A stretch of DNA of 64,000 nt from contig NC_058375.1 of NCBI RefSeq assembly GCF_018350175.1, forward strand, positions 105,028,001 through 105,092,000, written 5' to 3'. The stretch is from Felis catus. Its lineage: Eukaryota. Within the stretch, counting starts at the first letter, position 1; each line of letters starts with the position of its first letter. Of the stretch, positions 35,572 through 48,310 are shown one piece after another. Below the pieces are notes generated by a model. The model ran no database searches. It worked only from the letters and a program-made list of their open reading frames with translations, and had not been told where the DNA came from. Both the position numbers and the translations under genes were made by a program.

Positions 35572-35784
35572 TTTTTTTTTTTAATTTTTTTTTAATGTTT
35601 ATTTATTTTTGAGAGAGAGGGAGACAAAGTGTGAACAGGGGAGGAGCAGAGAAAGGGAGACACAGAATCCGAAGCAGTCTCTGAGCTGTCAGCACAGAGC
35701 CTGATGTGGGGCTCAAACTCACAAACTGTGAGATCATGACCTGAGCCAAAGTCGGACGCTCAACCAACAGGCACCCAGGCGCCC
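35572..35784 (-). mobile_element. CanSINE
   Basis: TSD TAAATCATTCTT on both flanks. Confidence 0.92.
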
Positions 35785-36606
35785 TAAATCATTCTTAATA
35801 TGAAACAACAGGAGCCTGGGAGAGGATCCCATAGGACACTGGTTCCCAAGTCTATTCACATTTGTAATTTACCCAAAGCTCACATCTTTTCAAGTTCATG
35901 TTCAATGTATTATTGTTATCTTGGGCTTTGTGGTATAACATAGCAGCAAAAAATAGAGTTTCCTGCTGGGCAGAAGTAGCTGTTGGTTTCTCTTATTTTG
36001 ATTTCCTTTTTCCTCTATCCCCCTTCTTCCACTTGACCTCCTTATCTCCAATTGTGTTTGTGACTGACTTTTTACCTGTAGTAAAAGGCCAGGGTGAGCA
36101 GGAAGGGGGCCATGTAAACAGTGCCAGGAATGGAGGGCAGCAGCAGATGCCTCCAGACCTCCTGAGGACCAACTGGGGATGGGTTGAGAGGGAGCAACAA
36201 ATTACAGATTGGAGCCACAGCTCTCAGGAGCCTGGGGATGGGTAGCTTATAGAAGCCTGATGTCTTTGTGGGAGAACAAAGAGGTGAGTTTGAGTTAGAT
36301 ATGTTTTAAATCCAACAAGAGGAGCTGCATTGCAAGGAATTGGGTGGGCAGGAGAAAACAGATGGAGCTCAATTTTATGGACCCTTAACGATTAATAAAA
36401 CATAGTTTCTGCCTTCAGAGGCTGTCAGTCTAATGAGGGAGATGTCTGTATAAATAATAAAACGGCAGAATGAAATAACTGCTAAATAGGTATACAATAA
36501 AATAAATGATATTCTCTAAAAAGATGAGAAACCTTTTTGGAGAGGTGGCATGTAGGTTTGGCATGAAAAAGATGAGGGAAAATTTCACTCAGAAGGTTGG
36601 CAACTG

Positions 36607-36822
36607 GGGGTGCCGGGTGGCTCAGTCAGTTAAGCATCTGACTTGGGCTCAGGTCATGATCTCACAGTCTGTGGGTTCAAGCCCCGCGTCAGATCTGTGC
36701 TGACAGCTTGGCGCCTGGAGCCTGTTTCACATTCTGTGTCTGTCTCTCTCTCTGCCCCTCCCCTACTTGTGCTCACTTTTCTCTTTCTCTCTATCAAAAA
36801 TAAACATTGAAAGAAAGATTTA
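36607..36822 (+). mobile_element. CanSINE
   Basis: TSD AGAAGGTTGGCAACTGG at 36591-36607 and 36823-36839. Confidence 0.93.
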
Positions 36823-37082
36823 AGAAGGTTGGCAACTGGAAGTAGCGGTGGCATTCTAGGCTGAGAAAGCAGCTTGAGTAAAGACTTGGTATCAGCGTGT
36901 TCAGGGAGTAGTCTGTAAAGTAGTGTGGTTAGAGCATGTGTACGTGGAAAATGATGGGTGAAGCTGTTATTTAATGTTCCCATTTGTATCATTAGTGTAT
37001 CATTGAGCCTCGTCTTTCCCCAAGTAGGCCCAGGGATATCTCAGGCCTCCAGACTTCAGCTGTATCAATCAGTTAATGCGAT

Positions 37083-37120
37083 GGGATGGCTTTTGCAACT
37101 AGGGATGGCTTTTGCAACTA
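37083..37120. repeat. Perfect 19-bp tandem duplication
   Basis: GGGATGGCTTTTGCAACTA twice. Confidence 0.95.
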
Positions 37121-37238
37121 AGGAACATGTAGGAATCACCCCCTGGTGATTTATTTTTTCCTACTACAAATGACTTATCCCATCTGAAGATTCTGAAATA
37201 ATCCCTTGGTTGAAAATCACTGCCATAGAGAGCCACTC

Positions 37239-37688
37239 TTTTTTTTTTTTTTTTTTTTTTTGAGTTAATTTATTTTGAAAGAGAGAATGTGAGCGAGGAA
37301 GGGTCAGACAAGGAGAAAGAGAGAATCCCAAGCAAGGCTCTGCACTGTTAGCCCGCAGCAGGGTTTATTTATTTATTTATTTTTTAATTTTTTTAACCTT
37401 TATTTATTTTTGAGACAGAGAGAGACAGAGCATGAATGGGAGAGGGGCAGAGAGAGAGGGAGACACAGAATCGGAAGCAGGCTCCAGGCTCTGAGCCATC
37501 AGCCCAGAGCCAAACACGGGGCTCAAACTCACGGACCGCGAGATAGTGACCTGAGCCTAAGTCAGACGCTTAACCGACTGAGCCACCCAGGCGCCCCAAC
37601 ACAGCAGGGTTTAAACTCACAAACCGTGAGGTCATGACCTGACCCGAAACCAGGAGTCTGATGCTTAATTCACTGAGCTACCCAGGCA
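37239..37688 (-). mobile_element. Nested CanSINEs: younger copy (37368-37597) inside an older SINE
   Basis: Duplicated CAGCAGGGTTTA at 37356-37367 and 37602-37613. Confidence 0.9.
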
Positions 37689-37953
37689 CTGTTCTTACAG
37701 GACTCTGTCACATCCCTTAGGTGTGCTGTGGTAGAAAAAAGATTGAAAACATAACCTTGACCATAAACTTCCCAAGAGCAAGGACTATGTAATTACTTTT
37801 TTATATCCCACAAATTCCTGTTTGGGGCCTCTGTAAGTAGGCAGTTAATGCTGTATAACCACCATTTCACATAATTTTTATAGACACCAGTTGTTTGGCC
37901 AGTTGGCTTCTGGCCATATGTGAAATTCAGAAAGAATGAGCCCAAGTTTCTAA

Positions 37954-38157
<204 letters not shown>

Positions 38158-38247
38158 GGCCTGTGGATTGTAGGCCCAGTATGAAAATCCCTCTCCGGCT
38201 GTCTCCTTCCTATCTCAAACCTCATTTTTTCTCCCCTTTTTTATAAT

Positions 38248-38253
38248 AATAAA
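38248..38253 (+). terminator. MRPS21: MRPS21 proximal polyadenylation signal (AATAAA)
   Basis: AATAAA 90 nt after the stop. Confidence 0.7.
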
Positions 38254-38949
38254 CTCAATCACATATATGCAAGAAGGCCTGCATATATAGAAGTAATCCC
38301 GTAGTTACCAATGGACCCTCTCTTATTAAGTGAAAGAGAAACTGAGTCAAAAAGTAGTCTAGGAATAGAATGGTTATTACCAANNNNNNNNNNNNNNNNN
38401 NNNNNNNNNNNNNNNNNNNNNNNNNNNNNNNNNNNNNNNNNNNNNNNNNNNNNNNNNNNNNNNNNNNNNNNNNNNNNNNNNNNNNNNNNNNNNNNNNNNN
38501 NNNNNNNNNNNNNNNNNNNNNNNNNNNNNNNNNNNNNNNNNNNNNTATTTAAGTAGTCTAGGAGAGGTGAGAAGCTTTTCTAAAATATAGCAGAATAGAT
38601 CTATGTTTTTTTTACCCGATTCTTACGAAATCCAAATCAAGACCTTATTATTGGAAAAGCACCTGTTACTCTTTACTGAACTGTCCCTCCCCACCAACTG
38701 TTAGATGAGAGGAAGCATGTATGTATTTGGAATAAATTTTGCTACTGAAATACCCATCAACCAGACTAGAGTGCCAGAATCCTTGCCCAGAGGAATCCTT
38801 AAGATAAATCTAACACTCCTGTTTCTGTCTTTCCCTTAGTTTTTCTAAAGGAGGATAGTGGAGAAGAATTAAAGCAGTAGGTGGATGGTAGACAAGAGGG
38901 AATGGGAGAGTATTAAGAGATTAAGGGCATGGAGCCAGAAATATCTACA

Positions 38950-39131
38950 GCAGTGATAATCAAAGTGTGGTCTTTGGATCAGCAGTATCAACATCACCCA
39001 AAAAATTATTTGAAATGCAAATTGAGACCTACTTTAGACTTTATGAATTGGAAATTAGGGTTAGAGCCCAGTAATCTAGTTTAACAAGCCCTACAGGTGA
39101 TTCTGATGCCTGCTCAAGTTGTAGAACCACT
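38950..39131. mobile_element. MER5A-like relic
   Basis: CAAAGTGTGGTC...AACAAGCCCTACAGGTGATTCTGATGC...AGAACCACT. Confidence 0.75.
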
Positions 39132-39724
39132 ACCCCATACTACTCAAAGTAATTTCCAGGCAGAGATCCCCACCATCACTGCTACTTGTCAACACGCATT
39201 CTTGAGTATGTGATCACTGTAGGAAGACTAGCTGCTCTGCTTGTTTCCTTTGGCCTTGGCCCCCTGACAGCCACGCTGCTAGTAAAGAGTTGGTGCCAAT
39301 CCCTGTAGGAGAAATGCAGTGAGTAGGTGGAGCGACAAGCCCACTTCTCACCCAGGCTCCAGCCCTCAGTCTGGGGTTTAAAAAGGAAGTAAACTAAGTC
39401 CCTAGCTTCTCCAGATTACTGGTGTTCAAACATTGCCCCTTTGTGGTAAAGCAGCATGAAATCACATTTCTCTAGTCTTAATTTTAGTCTTTTCTCCCTT
39501 TCACAATTACCATATTTCTTGATTAGGCAGGCCTGCTAGAAGACGTGCTGGAACCACTGTTCCTTGTCTTGCAAAGATTGATCATCTTCCCCTCATCAGG
39601 CCATGGTGAATAAAGCATAGAAGTAGCTTAGAGAAGATCTGGTCCTTGCCCTCCAGTAACTTGTGGTTGGAGAAATTCTTTATAGACTGTGTTCAATTTT
39701 GTTATTTTTGTACAACTTCATTTT

Positions 39725-39956
39725 CTTTTTTTTTTTTTTTAATTTTTTTTTTCCAATGTTTATTTATTTTTGGGACAGAGAGAGACAGAGCATGAACGGG
39801 GGAGGGGCAGAGAGAGAGGCAGACACAGAATCGGAAACAGGCTCCAGGCTCCGAGCCATCAGCCCAGAGCCCGACGCGGGGCTCGAACTCACGGACTGCG
39901 AGATCGTGACCTGGCTGAAGTCGGACGCTTAACCGACTGCGCCACCCAGGCGCCCC
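39725..39956 (-). mobile_element. Young SINEC_Fc
   Basis: Near-consensus body; TSD TACA(A/G)CTTCATTTT. Confidence 0.95.
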
Positions 39957-41039
39957 TACAGCTTCATTTTCAAGTTATACATTGGTACTTCTGAATCCCT
40001 TTTCAGTCCCTGAATTTAGTCTTTAATATATGACTTTTGCGTGATTTTGAGCCATGGCATTGTTTCACCTCCTGCCAATTGCTGTTGCTAAAGATTAAAG
40101 GCCTGACCTTGGCCAAATGGAAGGGTATGTTTGTGACAGTAGAGCCAGGCCTGTTACTTGGCAGTGTTCCTCTGAGACTACAGTTGCTTCTGAGCTCCCT
40201 CCAAAATATCAAGGGGCGGCTAAGATCTGGAATTTCCTTCATCTCTGAAATTATCCTCTGTTCTAGTCATTCATCCTGACCATTGTCCATGTCCCCCAGA
40301 GCAGTGAACAGGGAAGTTTTAGCAGATAGCCCCTTTGAAAGGCCTCATGGAAAAGGGGTAACTGGCTGGCTGCTTGAATTCCAGTCGGCTTGTGCTGTTG
40401 TGGCAGGGAGAAAGATGTCCTCTCTGTTCTGAGAAGCTACAAGATATCTCATGGTCATACAATAAGTAGAAAATTCCTTAATCATTTGTCCCTGGTGGGT
40501 TTAGGAAGGGTGGTTTGGGGTTTACCCAGTTACATAGTGATAGATACAACACCTACTATTGTGATCTTCAGCATCTGTGACATTTCCTAGATGTCCACTG
40601 GATTTGCTCTGGCAGGTTGATTCTAATCATACATAATTTAAGAATCATAAAATGTTTAGTGCTCTGGAAACAGGTACCCATTTAAAACTGGGACTCTGTT
40701 GTGTAACTCTAACATTGTACTTTAATGCTTTTAGAAGTGCACTAAGTATGAAGTGAGAGTTTCCCTATCTGTTGGCTGCAAACATTGAGGAATAGTAACT
40801 CACTGAATATTGACAAGGTAAAGTAATAATGGAGTGATGTGTTCAATGTAAGTAATTGAAAGGAAAATGTTGGAGCTTCCACTGTGTGCCAGTTATCTTA
40901 CATAAGTAGTTTTTTACTTAGATCTGGATTTGATCATGACCTTGGCAAGTTATTTAACATAAAATCTAGTTTTCCCTGTAAAATGAGAATAATTGAATAT
41001 ACAGGTTTTTGGTGAGAATTTAATGAGATCATTAATTTT

Positions 41040-41261
41040 TTTTTTTTAATTTTTTTTTTTCAACGTCTACTCATTTTTGGGACAGAGAGAGACAGAGCAT
41101 GAACGGGGGAGGGGCAGAGAGAGGGAGACACAGAATCGGAAACAGGCTCCAGGCTCCGAGCCATCAGCCCAGAGCCTGACGCGGGGCTCGAACTCCCGGA
41201 CCGCAAGATCGTGACCTGGCTGAAGTCGGACGCTCAACCGACTGCGCCACCCAGGCGCCCC
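41040..41261 (-). mobile_element. Young SINEC_Fc
   Basis: TSD GAGATCATTAATTTT at 41025 and 41262. Confidence 0.95.
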
Positions 41262-42224
41262 GAGATCATTAATTTTAAGTACTCAGCATGGTATCTGGCA
41301 CATAGAACTCAATAAATGTTAGCAGTAATCCCTCAGTTGTGCCAGACAGAAGCCTGATCATTGATTCCTCCACACTCAACCATTGCTACATCCACTTAAT
41401 CCCTGTTTTGAGGACTAAGTGCCACAACCCTAGTCCCAGCTACTGTCATAACTCTTCTGAATTACAACAGTCATTTAATCATTTTGCATCAGTGTCACCT
41501 GGCCTTCAGTCCCTCCACCCTTAGGTCAGAATGATTCTTCAAAAATGCAGCCTTGATCATTTCACTTTCCTGCTTAAGTAGGTAATTGGTTCCCACTGTT
41601 TTCAAGATAAAATCCAAACTACTAGCATGGCATTTAAGGCCCTTCGTGACTGAGTCATGCTTTTCAGATTAGGCACTTGATGCCCTCAAATGTACTTCTG
41701 GGATGTCCTGTTTTCTCCCCCTGCCTATATAGCAGTTCTCCGAGATAACTAACCTGATCTCTTTACCAACTTTTCTTCTCCTGAATTTATCTTTATAAGC
41801 TTACTATTGTAATAGTTTGTTTCTATAATTTGTTGTGATTTATCGCTTATTTGCCTTTCTCCCTCCATTATATTTTCAGTTACCTGGGGGTAACTTTGTT
41901 GTTGTTTTTGAATCAGTATATTCCCAGTGCCCCAGTATAATGCCCAGCATTGAAATGCTCAGTAAATACATTTTTTAAGATTTTTTTTGAAAGAGAGCAC
42001 GCGAGGGGCAGAAGGAGAGAGAGAGTGCAGAGTGTGGAGCCTAGAGTGGGGCTCGAGCCTACAAACTGTGAGATCATGATCTGATCCGAAGTTGGACGCT
42101 TAACTGACTGAGCCACCCAGGCGCCCCTTAAGATTTCAAGCCACACCCAGGGTGAGGCATGAACTTACAAGCCCAAGATCAAGAGTCGCAGGCTCTACCA
42201 ACTGAGCCAGGCAGGCACTCCAGC

Positions 42225-43030
42225 ATTCCAAATTCTTTATATCCTCACCAACACTTGTTATTTTCTGTTTTGTTTTTTAAATTTTTTTGCTAGTAGTCCT
42301 TCTAATGGGTCTGAGGTGATACCTCATTATGGATTTTTTTTTTTTACTTGTGGGTTTGGATTTGCTTTTCTGTGATGACTAATGATGTTGAACATCTTTT
42401 CATGTGTTTATTGGCCATTTGTAGATCTTCTTTGCAGAAATGTGTATTCAAGTCCTTTACCCATTTTTGAATCTGTTTGCTTTTTGTAGTTGTTGAGTTA
42501 AAGAGTTCTTCATATATACTCTGGATATTAATCACTTACCANNNNNNNNNNNNNNNNNNNNNNNNNNNNNNNNNNNNNNNNNNNNNNNNNNNNNNNNNNN
42601 NNNNNNNNNNNNNNNNNNNNNNNNNNNNNNNNNNNNNNNNNNNNNNNNNNNNNNNNNNNNNNNNNNNNNNNNNTTTTGATATCATAGCCAAGAAATCATT
42701 GCCAAATTCAATGTCTTGAAGATTTTCCCCAATGTTTTCTTCTAAGAGTTTTATAGTTTCTGTCTGTAACTTTAGATCTTTGATCCATTTTGTGTTGGTT
42801 TTTTAATATGATGTGAAGAAGGGGCCCAACTTTATTCTGTGCATATGGATACCCAGTTTTTTCTGTACCATTTATTGAACAGACTGCCCTTTCCCCATTG
42901 AATAGTCTTGGCACCCTTGTTAAAAATCCACCAGTCCATATATGTGAGGTTTTTTCTCGACTGTCTATTCTGTCTGTGGGTCTATATGGCTGTCCTTATA
43001 TGTGTCCTTATGCCAGTACCACAATAATTG
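42225..43030 (-). mobile_element. Old LINE-1 ORF2 3' fragment (contains N gap 42542-42673)
   Basis: Minus-strand translation IQKWVKDLNTHFCKEDLQMANKHMKRCSTSLVI matches the L1 ORF2 C-terminal region; frame disrupted. Confidence 0.88.
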
Positions 43031-44427
43031 TTTTACACGTTATATTTAATCCTCACAATATTCTTTTTACATAGAGATTCCTATTCTCAATCACCTGAAG
43101 GAATCACACCTAGTACCTGGGAGACTAAGGATTTGAACCCATCTAATTCCAAACATTAGAAATAAAATCAGTTCCTAGAAAAATATTTCCCTCTGGGGAA
43201 TTGAACCCAGACTGTTAAAAGCACTCAAACAGAATAAACTTACAACTCTGCAGAGTTGGAATCATTAACCTATTCAGACTTTGAGTGGATATTCTGTGAG
43301 ACATTGGTATTAGGTGCTGTAGATACGATGAGGAAAGAAATGGACCCACAACTATATGGTCAACTAATCTTCAACAAGGCAAGAATGAATATCCAGTGGA
43401 AAGAAGACAGTCTCTTCAACAAACGGTGGTTGGGAAAACTGGACAGCAACATTCAGAAGAATGAAACTGGACCACTTTTTTACACCATACACAAAAATAA
43501 ACTCAAAATGGATGAAAGAGCTAAATGTGAGACAGGAAACCACCAGAATCCCAAAGGAGAACACAGGCAACAACCTCTTTGACCTTGGTCACAGCAACTT
43601 CTTACTAGAAACATCTCTGGAGGCAAGGGAAACAAAAGTAAAAATGAACTATTGGGACTTCATCAAGATAAAACACTTCTGCACAGCAAACGAAACAACA
43701 AAACTAAAAGGCAACCTATAGAATGGGAGAAGATATTTACAAATGACACATAATGACAAAGGGTTATTATCTAAAATCTACAAAGAATTTATCAAACTTA
43801 ACACCCAAAGAACAATCCAGTGANNNNNNNNNNNNNNNNNNNNNNNNNNNNNNNNNNNNNNNNNNNNNNNNNNNNNNNNNNNNNNNNNNNNNNNNNNNNN
43901 NNNNNNNNNNNNNNNNNNNNNNNNNNNNNNNNNNNNNNNNNNNNNNNNNNNNNNNNNNNNNNNNNNNNNNNNNNNNNNNNNNNNNNNNNNNNNNNNNNNN
44001 NNNNNNNNNNNNNNNNGAACCCTCTTACACTATTGGGAATGCAAACTGGTGCAGCCAGCCACTCTGGAAAACAGTATGGAGACTCCTCAAAAAGTTGAAA
44101 ATAGAACTGCCTTATGATCCAGCAATTGTGCTACTAGGTATTTACCCAAAATACAGATTCGAAGGTGTATATGCATGTCGATGTTTACAGCAGCATTATC
44201 AACAATAGTCAAACTATAGAAAGAGCCCAAATGTCCATTGACTGATGATAAAGAAGATGTGGTATATACAATGGAATATTACTCAGCCATCAGAAAGAAT
44301 GCAAACTTGCCATTTGCAACAATGTGGATGGAGCTAGAGTGTACTATGCTAAGCAAAGTAAGTCCATCAGAGAAAGACAAACATAATATGATTTCACTCA
44401 TGTGGGACTTAAGAAACAAAATGGATG

Positions 44428-44664
44428 GGGGCGCCTGGGTGGCGCAGTCGGTTAAGCGTCCGACTTCAGCCAGGTCACGATCTCGCGGTCCGTGAGTTCG
44501 AGCCCCGCATCGGGCTCTGGGCTGATGGCTCGGAGCCTGGAGCCTGTTTCCGATTCTGTGTCTCCCTCTCTCTCTGCCCCTCCCCCGTTCATGCTCTGTC
44601 TCTCTCTGTCCCAAAAATAAATAAACGTTGAAAAAAAAAATTTAAAAATAAAATAAAAAAAAAA
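44428..44664 (+). mobile_element. Young SINEC_Fc inside the L1
   Basis: TSD AAGAAACAAAATGGATG at 44411-44427 and 44665-44681. Confidence 0.96.
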
Positions 44665-44725
44665 AAGAAACAAAATGGATGAACATATGGGAAAGGAAAA
44701 AAGAGGGAAGTAAACCACAAGAGAC

Positions 44726-44953
44726 TTTTTTTTTTTTTAATTTTTTTTTTTCAACGTTTATTTATTTTTGGGACAGAGAGAGACAGAGCACGAACGGGGG
44801 AGGGGCAGAGGGAGAAGGAGACACAGAATCAGAAACAGGCTCCAGGCTCTGAGCCATCAGCCCAGAGCCTGACGCGGGGCTCGAACTCACGGACCGCAAG
44901 ATCGTGACCTGGCTGAAGTCGGACGCTTAACCGACTGCGCCACCCAGGCGCCC
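44726..44953 (-). mobile_element. Young SINEC_Fc inside the L1
   Basis: TSD AAGAGACT at 44719 and 44954. Confidence 0.96.
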
Positions 44954-45874
44954 AAGAGACTCTTAATGATAGAGAACAAACAGGGTTGATAAAAGGAGGT
45001 GGGTGGGGTATGGGTTAAATGGGTGATGGGTATTAAGGAGGGCACTTGCTATGATGAGCACTCGGTGTTATATGTAAGTGATGAATCACTAAATTCTGAA
45101 ACCAATATTAGACCATATTAACTAGAATTTAAAAATATGAAAAAAGATACAATGGGGGAAGCTGAGGCATGAATAACTTGAGCAACATGTTAGGGCTCCC
45201 TCAATTTGTTACCCAAAACTAAGCTTTATTCCATTATGTGATGCTGCACCATCAGGGAAGGTGGTTCTTAGTATATATTTCTCAAAGTTCTTTGAAGCCA
45301 GCCTTTTAATACAAAAGTCTTATGTTCCCTGGGAAATTTTAATAACCTACTTAGAGAATAACTGCATTTTCTAGTGAGCCTGTCATCTAAGAAGACATCT
45401 TGGAATTTCATTTTCTGTAGTTTGTAATCTGATATAACAGAATAGTTTATTTCCCATACATGAAACTGTGCCATAATATTGAACAGGTTTTTTTCCAAAC
45501 TATACTTTGCCCACATACATGCTTTTCAGAAGCTGTGGTTTAATGGTCAGTAAGGTTTAGAACCTCATTTTGAAGAAAGGGAAAAATACAGGCTTACTGA
45601 TAGAATGAGAAAATGAGTCCTGTCAGGTCTTACTCATTTATCATTTATTGAGCCTTTATTTGGTACTATCCTAGGTCCTGGAGATAAAAAAACAATGTGA
45701 CACACAAAGCCTTAAGGCTTTTCCATTCTCTAGGTGAAAAACAGACCAGCGGGTTCTGAGGCCTGCAAGATCCACTGCTGAAAAATACTCATTCTCTAGC
45801 TCAACATATATTTAATTGTGCCAGGTGCTATTGTGGGCATTTATGATATATATCAATGACAATGATTCCTCTCT

Positions 45875-47055
45875 AAGTGTTTATTTATTTATTTTGAGAG
45901 AGAGACAGAACATGAGCAGAGGAGGGGCAGAGAGGGAAAGAATCCCAAGCACTGAGGCCGATGTGGGGCTTGATCCCACAACCCTGGGATCATGACCTAA
46001 GCTGAAATTAAGAATCAACACTCAACTGGCTGGGCCAGCCTGGTGCCCCTATTTTATTGTATTGTATTGTATTTTAAATTTTTATTTTAAGATTTTATTT
46101 TAAGATTTTATTTTCAGTTTACTTATTTTGAGAAAAAGAGCACACATGTGAGTGGGGTAGGGGTAGAGCGGGGTGTGGGGAGAGAATCCCAAGCATGGAG
46201 CCTGATGTGGGGCTTGATCCCATGACCCTGGGATCATGACCTAAGCTGAAATCGAAAGTCAGATACTTAATGGACTGAACCACCCAGGTGCCTCAAGGAT
46301 TCTTGTCTTTAAGTTTTGTATTTTAGCAGAGGGAGTCAGATGATAAGCTATAAACATAAGAACTAGTAGAAGTACTGTGGAAAAAGGTAAAGATCCGGGA
46401 AATCAAGAGTGCCCAACGGGCTTCAGAATTGAATAGGGTGGTCAGGAAGGTTTGCTGAAGTCATATTTGAATAAAAATCTGAAGGGGATGCGGGGAACAA
46501 ATCCTATATCTGGATTAAGAACAATCCAGGCAGAAAGTACCAAGTCCAGAGGCCTTGAGGTGAAATTATCTTTGGTATGTTCAAGAAACAAAGGGGGTTA
46601 GGATTCTGGAGTTGAATGAGTGAGGTAAAGAGATCACAGAGGTTATGGAGTGGGGCAGATTTTGTAAGGCATTTTACTCTGATATGGAAAGCCAAGGGAT
46701 GGTTTTTAACCAAGAGAATAATAATAACCTTTCTGATGATCACTACAGTACCTGCCACTCTAGTACTAGATAGTTTGCTGCTTATTCCTATGTGATGAGA
46801 CCAAAGGGGGCCAGAGTGGAAGCAAGAGAGAAAGCAGGAAGCTACTAAAATAATCCAAGCATAGGGACACCTGGGTGGCTCAGTCGGTTAAGCGTCTGAC
46901 TCTTGATTTTGGCTGTGGTCATGATCTCGGGTTGGTGCATTTGAGCCCCGCTTTGGGCTCTCTGCTGTCAACACAGATCCCGCTTCAGATCCTCTGTCCC
47001 CCTCTTTCCCCCTGCTCACACTCTTTCAAAAAAATGAAATAAACATTAAAAAAAT
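45875..47055. mobile_element. Three older CanSINEs: about 45875-46049(-), 46095-46293(-), 46863-47055(+)
   Basis: Diverged SINE heads and tails. Confidence 0.8.
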
Positions 47056-47339
47056 AATAATCCAAGCATAAAATTGAGAGTAGTGGAAGCTGTGAGAAGC
47101 AAGTGGATTCTATAGGACCAATACAACAGGAGACCAGGACCATTCCAAGATCATTGGCTTGCATAACTATGAATACAGTTGCCATTAACTGAGGATGAAG
47201 ATTGGGAGCTGTTTTGGGGGAGGGAGGATAGCAGAATCAGAAGCTTAGTTTTCATTACTTGAGATGTCTTTTACACATTTATGAGGCAACTGGCTAATTA
47301 TTATATATAATGAAGCTTTATTGAACTCTGAGAAGCACT

Positions 47340-47505
47340 TACCCTCCGTCATTCTTGCGGTCCTCACAGCAGCCCCACGAATTGGATTTTTTTTTTTTTA
47401 CAGGTAAGGAAACAGACTTAAGTAACTTGCCTAATGTCACAGCTAATGAGTGAGAGAGCTAGAATACAAATCTAGACAGTCTGGCTTTAAAGCCCATGTT
47501 CTTCA
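47340..47505 (-). mobile_element. MIR relic
   Basis: TTTTACAGGTAAGGAAACAGAC..AAGTAACTTGCCTAATGTCACAGCTA, the MIR core. Confidence 0.65.
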
Positions 47506-47749
47506 TCATTAAGGGATATCCATTCTCAGATAATGCCTGGCACATAGTAGTAGGCACTCAAATATTTACTATGTCAGTGAATGAATGAGACAGTAAAAGG
47601 AACAAATGCGGAGCTGCTATCTTCAGAGTCCTCCTATGTTCTCATTTTTCTTGGTAGTCTCTGGCATCACGCTTAAGTAAGGGAGAAAGGTTAAAGAGGG
47701 GTGGATAATGCTAGCGACCACGACTCTCAGGTTTACTTACTACCAGAGA

Positions 47750-48310
47750 GGCCGCGTTTAGCCCGAACGCAAAAGTCCCGTTTTTAGCGCACTTAGTCTT
47801 CACACTAGGAGTACTGCAAGCAGCCCAATTTCTGCTTCAGGCAACATTAGCTTCGCAGGAATCTAGTTACCGCATTTCGCTGGGGAAACCTAAGTAGGCA
47901 GCAACTTGTACAGGCGAACTTCACAGCTCGGGCACGCATGCGCGCCGCCGCCGAGCAGATGGTTACTACGGCTGCGCGAACCGGTGGCCCCGCCCTTCCC
48001 CGTCACATGTCGGGGGGCCGCGGCGTGGCGGCGGCCGTGGCGGTAGCGACGGCAGGCCGTAGGGCGGTCGGAGGGTTTCCGGTTCCGGTGTAACGTTCGG
48101 GCTCCGTCTCAGGGGCTGAAGTTTGTGAGGTGAGTAGTGACCCCGGGCCCGGGGTGGATATGCTGTGGTCCGAGCGGTGAGGACCAGGTTTCAGTCCAAG
48201 GGCAGGACCCTGGCGGGAAGGTTCAGTGGGAAGGAAGCCGAAGAAGTACAAGGTTCTGAGGGAGAATGGGTTGGAGTGAGATTGTAAAGAGGAAAAGGGC
48301 GGGGGCGGGA
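47750..48310 (+). promoter_or_regulatory. PRPF3: PRPF3 CpG-island promoter and non-coding exon 1 (donor GAG|gtgagt at 48129)
   Basis: NRF1-type GCATGCGC at 47936-47943, GC box at about 47988, GTCACATG at 48002, tandem ETS TTCCGGTTCCGG at about 48077-48088. Confidence 0.8.

Larger units (their letters stand above)
43334..45144 (+). mobile_element. 5'-truncated carnivore LINE-1 (ORF2 3' end plus 3'UTR) carrying two SINE insertions
   Basis: MDPQLYGQLIFNK, KLDHFFTPYTKINSKW, LKIELPYDPAI and MEYYSAIRK motifs; G-rich 3'UTR and A tail; degenerate TSD AGATAC(G/A)ATG(A/G)GG at about 43321 and 45145. Confidence 0.92.

Noticed and set aside
42225-44400. Head-to-head L1 fragments as a single twin-priming inversion
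   Set aside because: They cover overlapping parts of ORF2, differ clearly in sequence and age, are about 300 bp apart, and the + copy has its own TSD, so they are two independent insertions.
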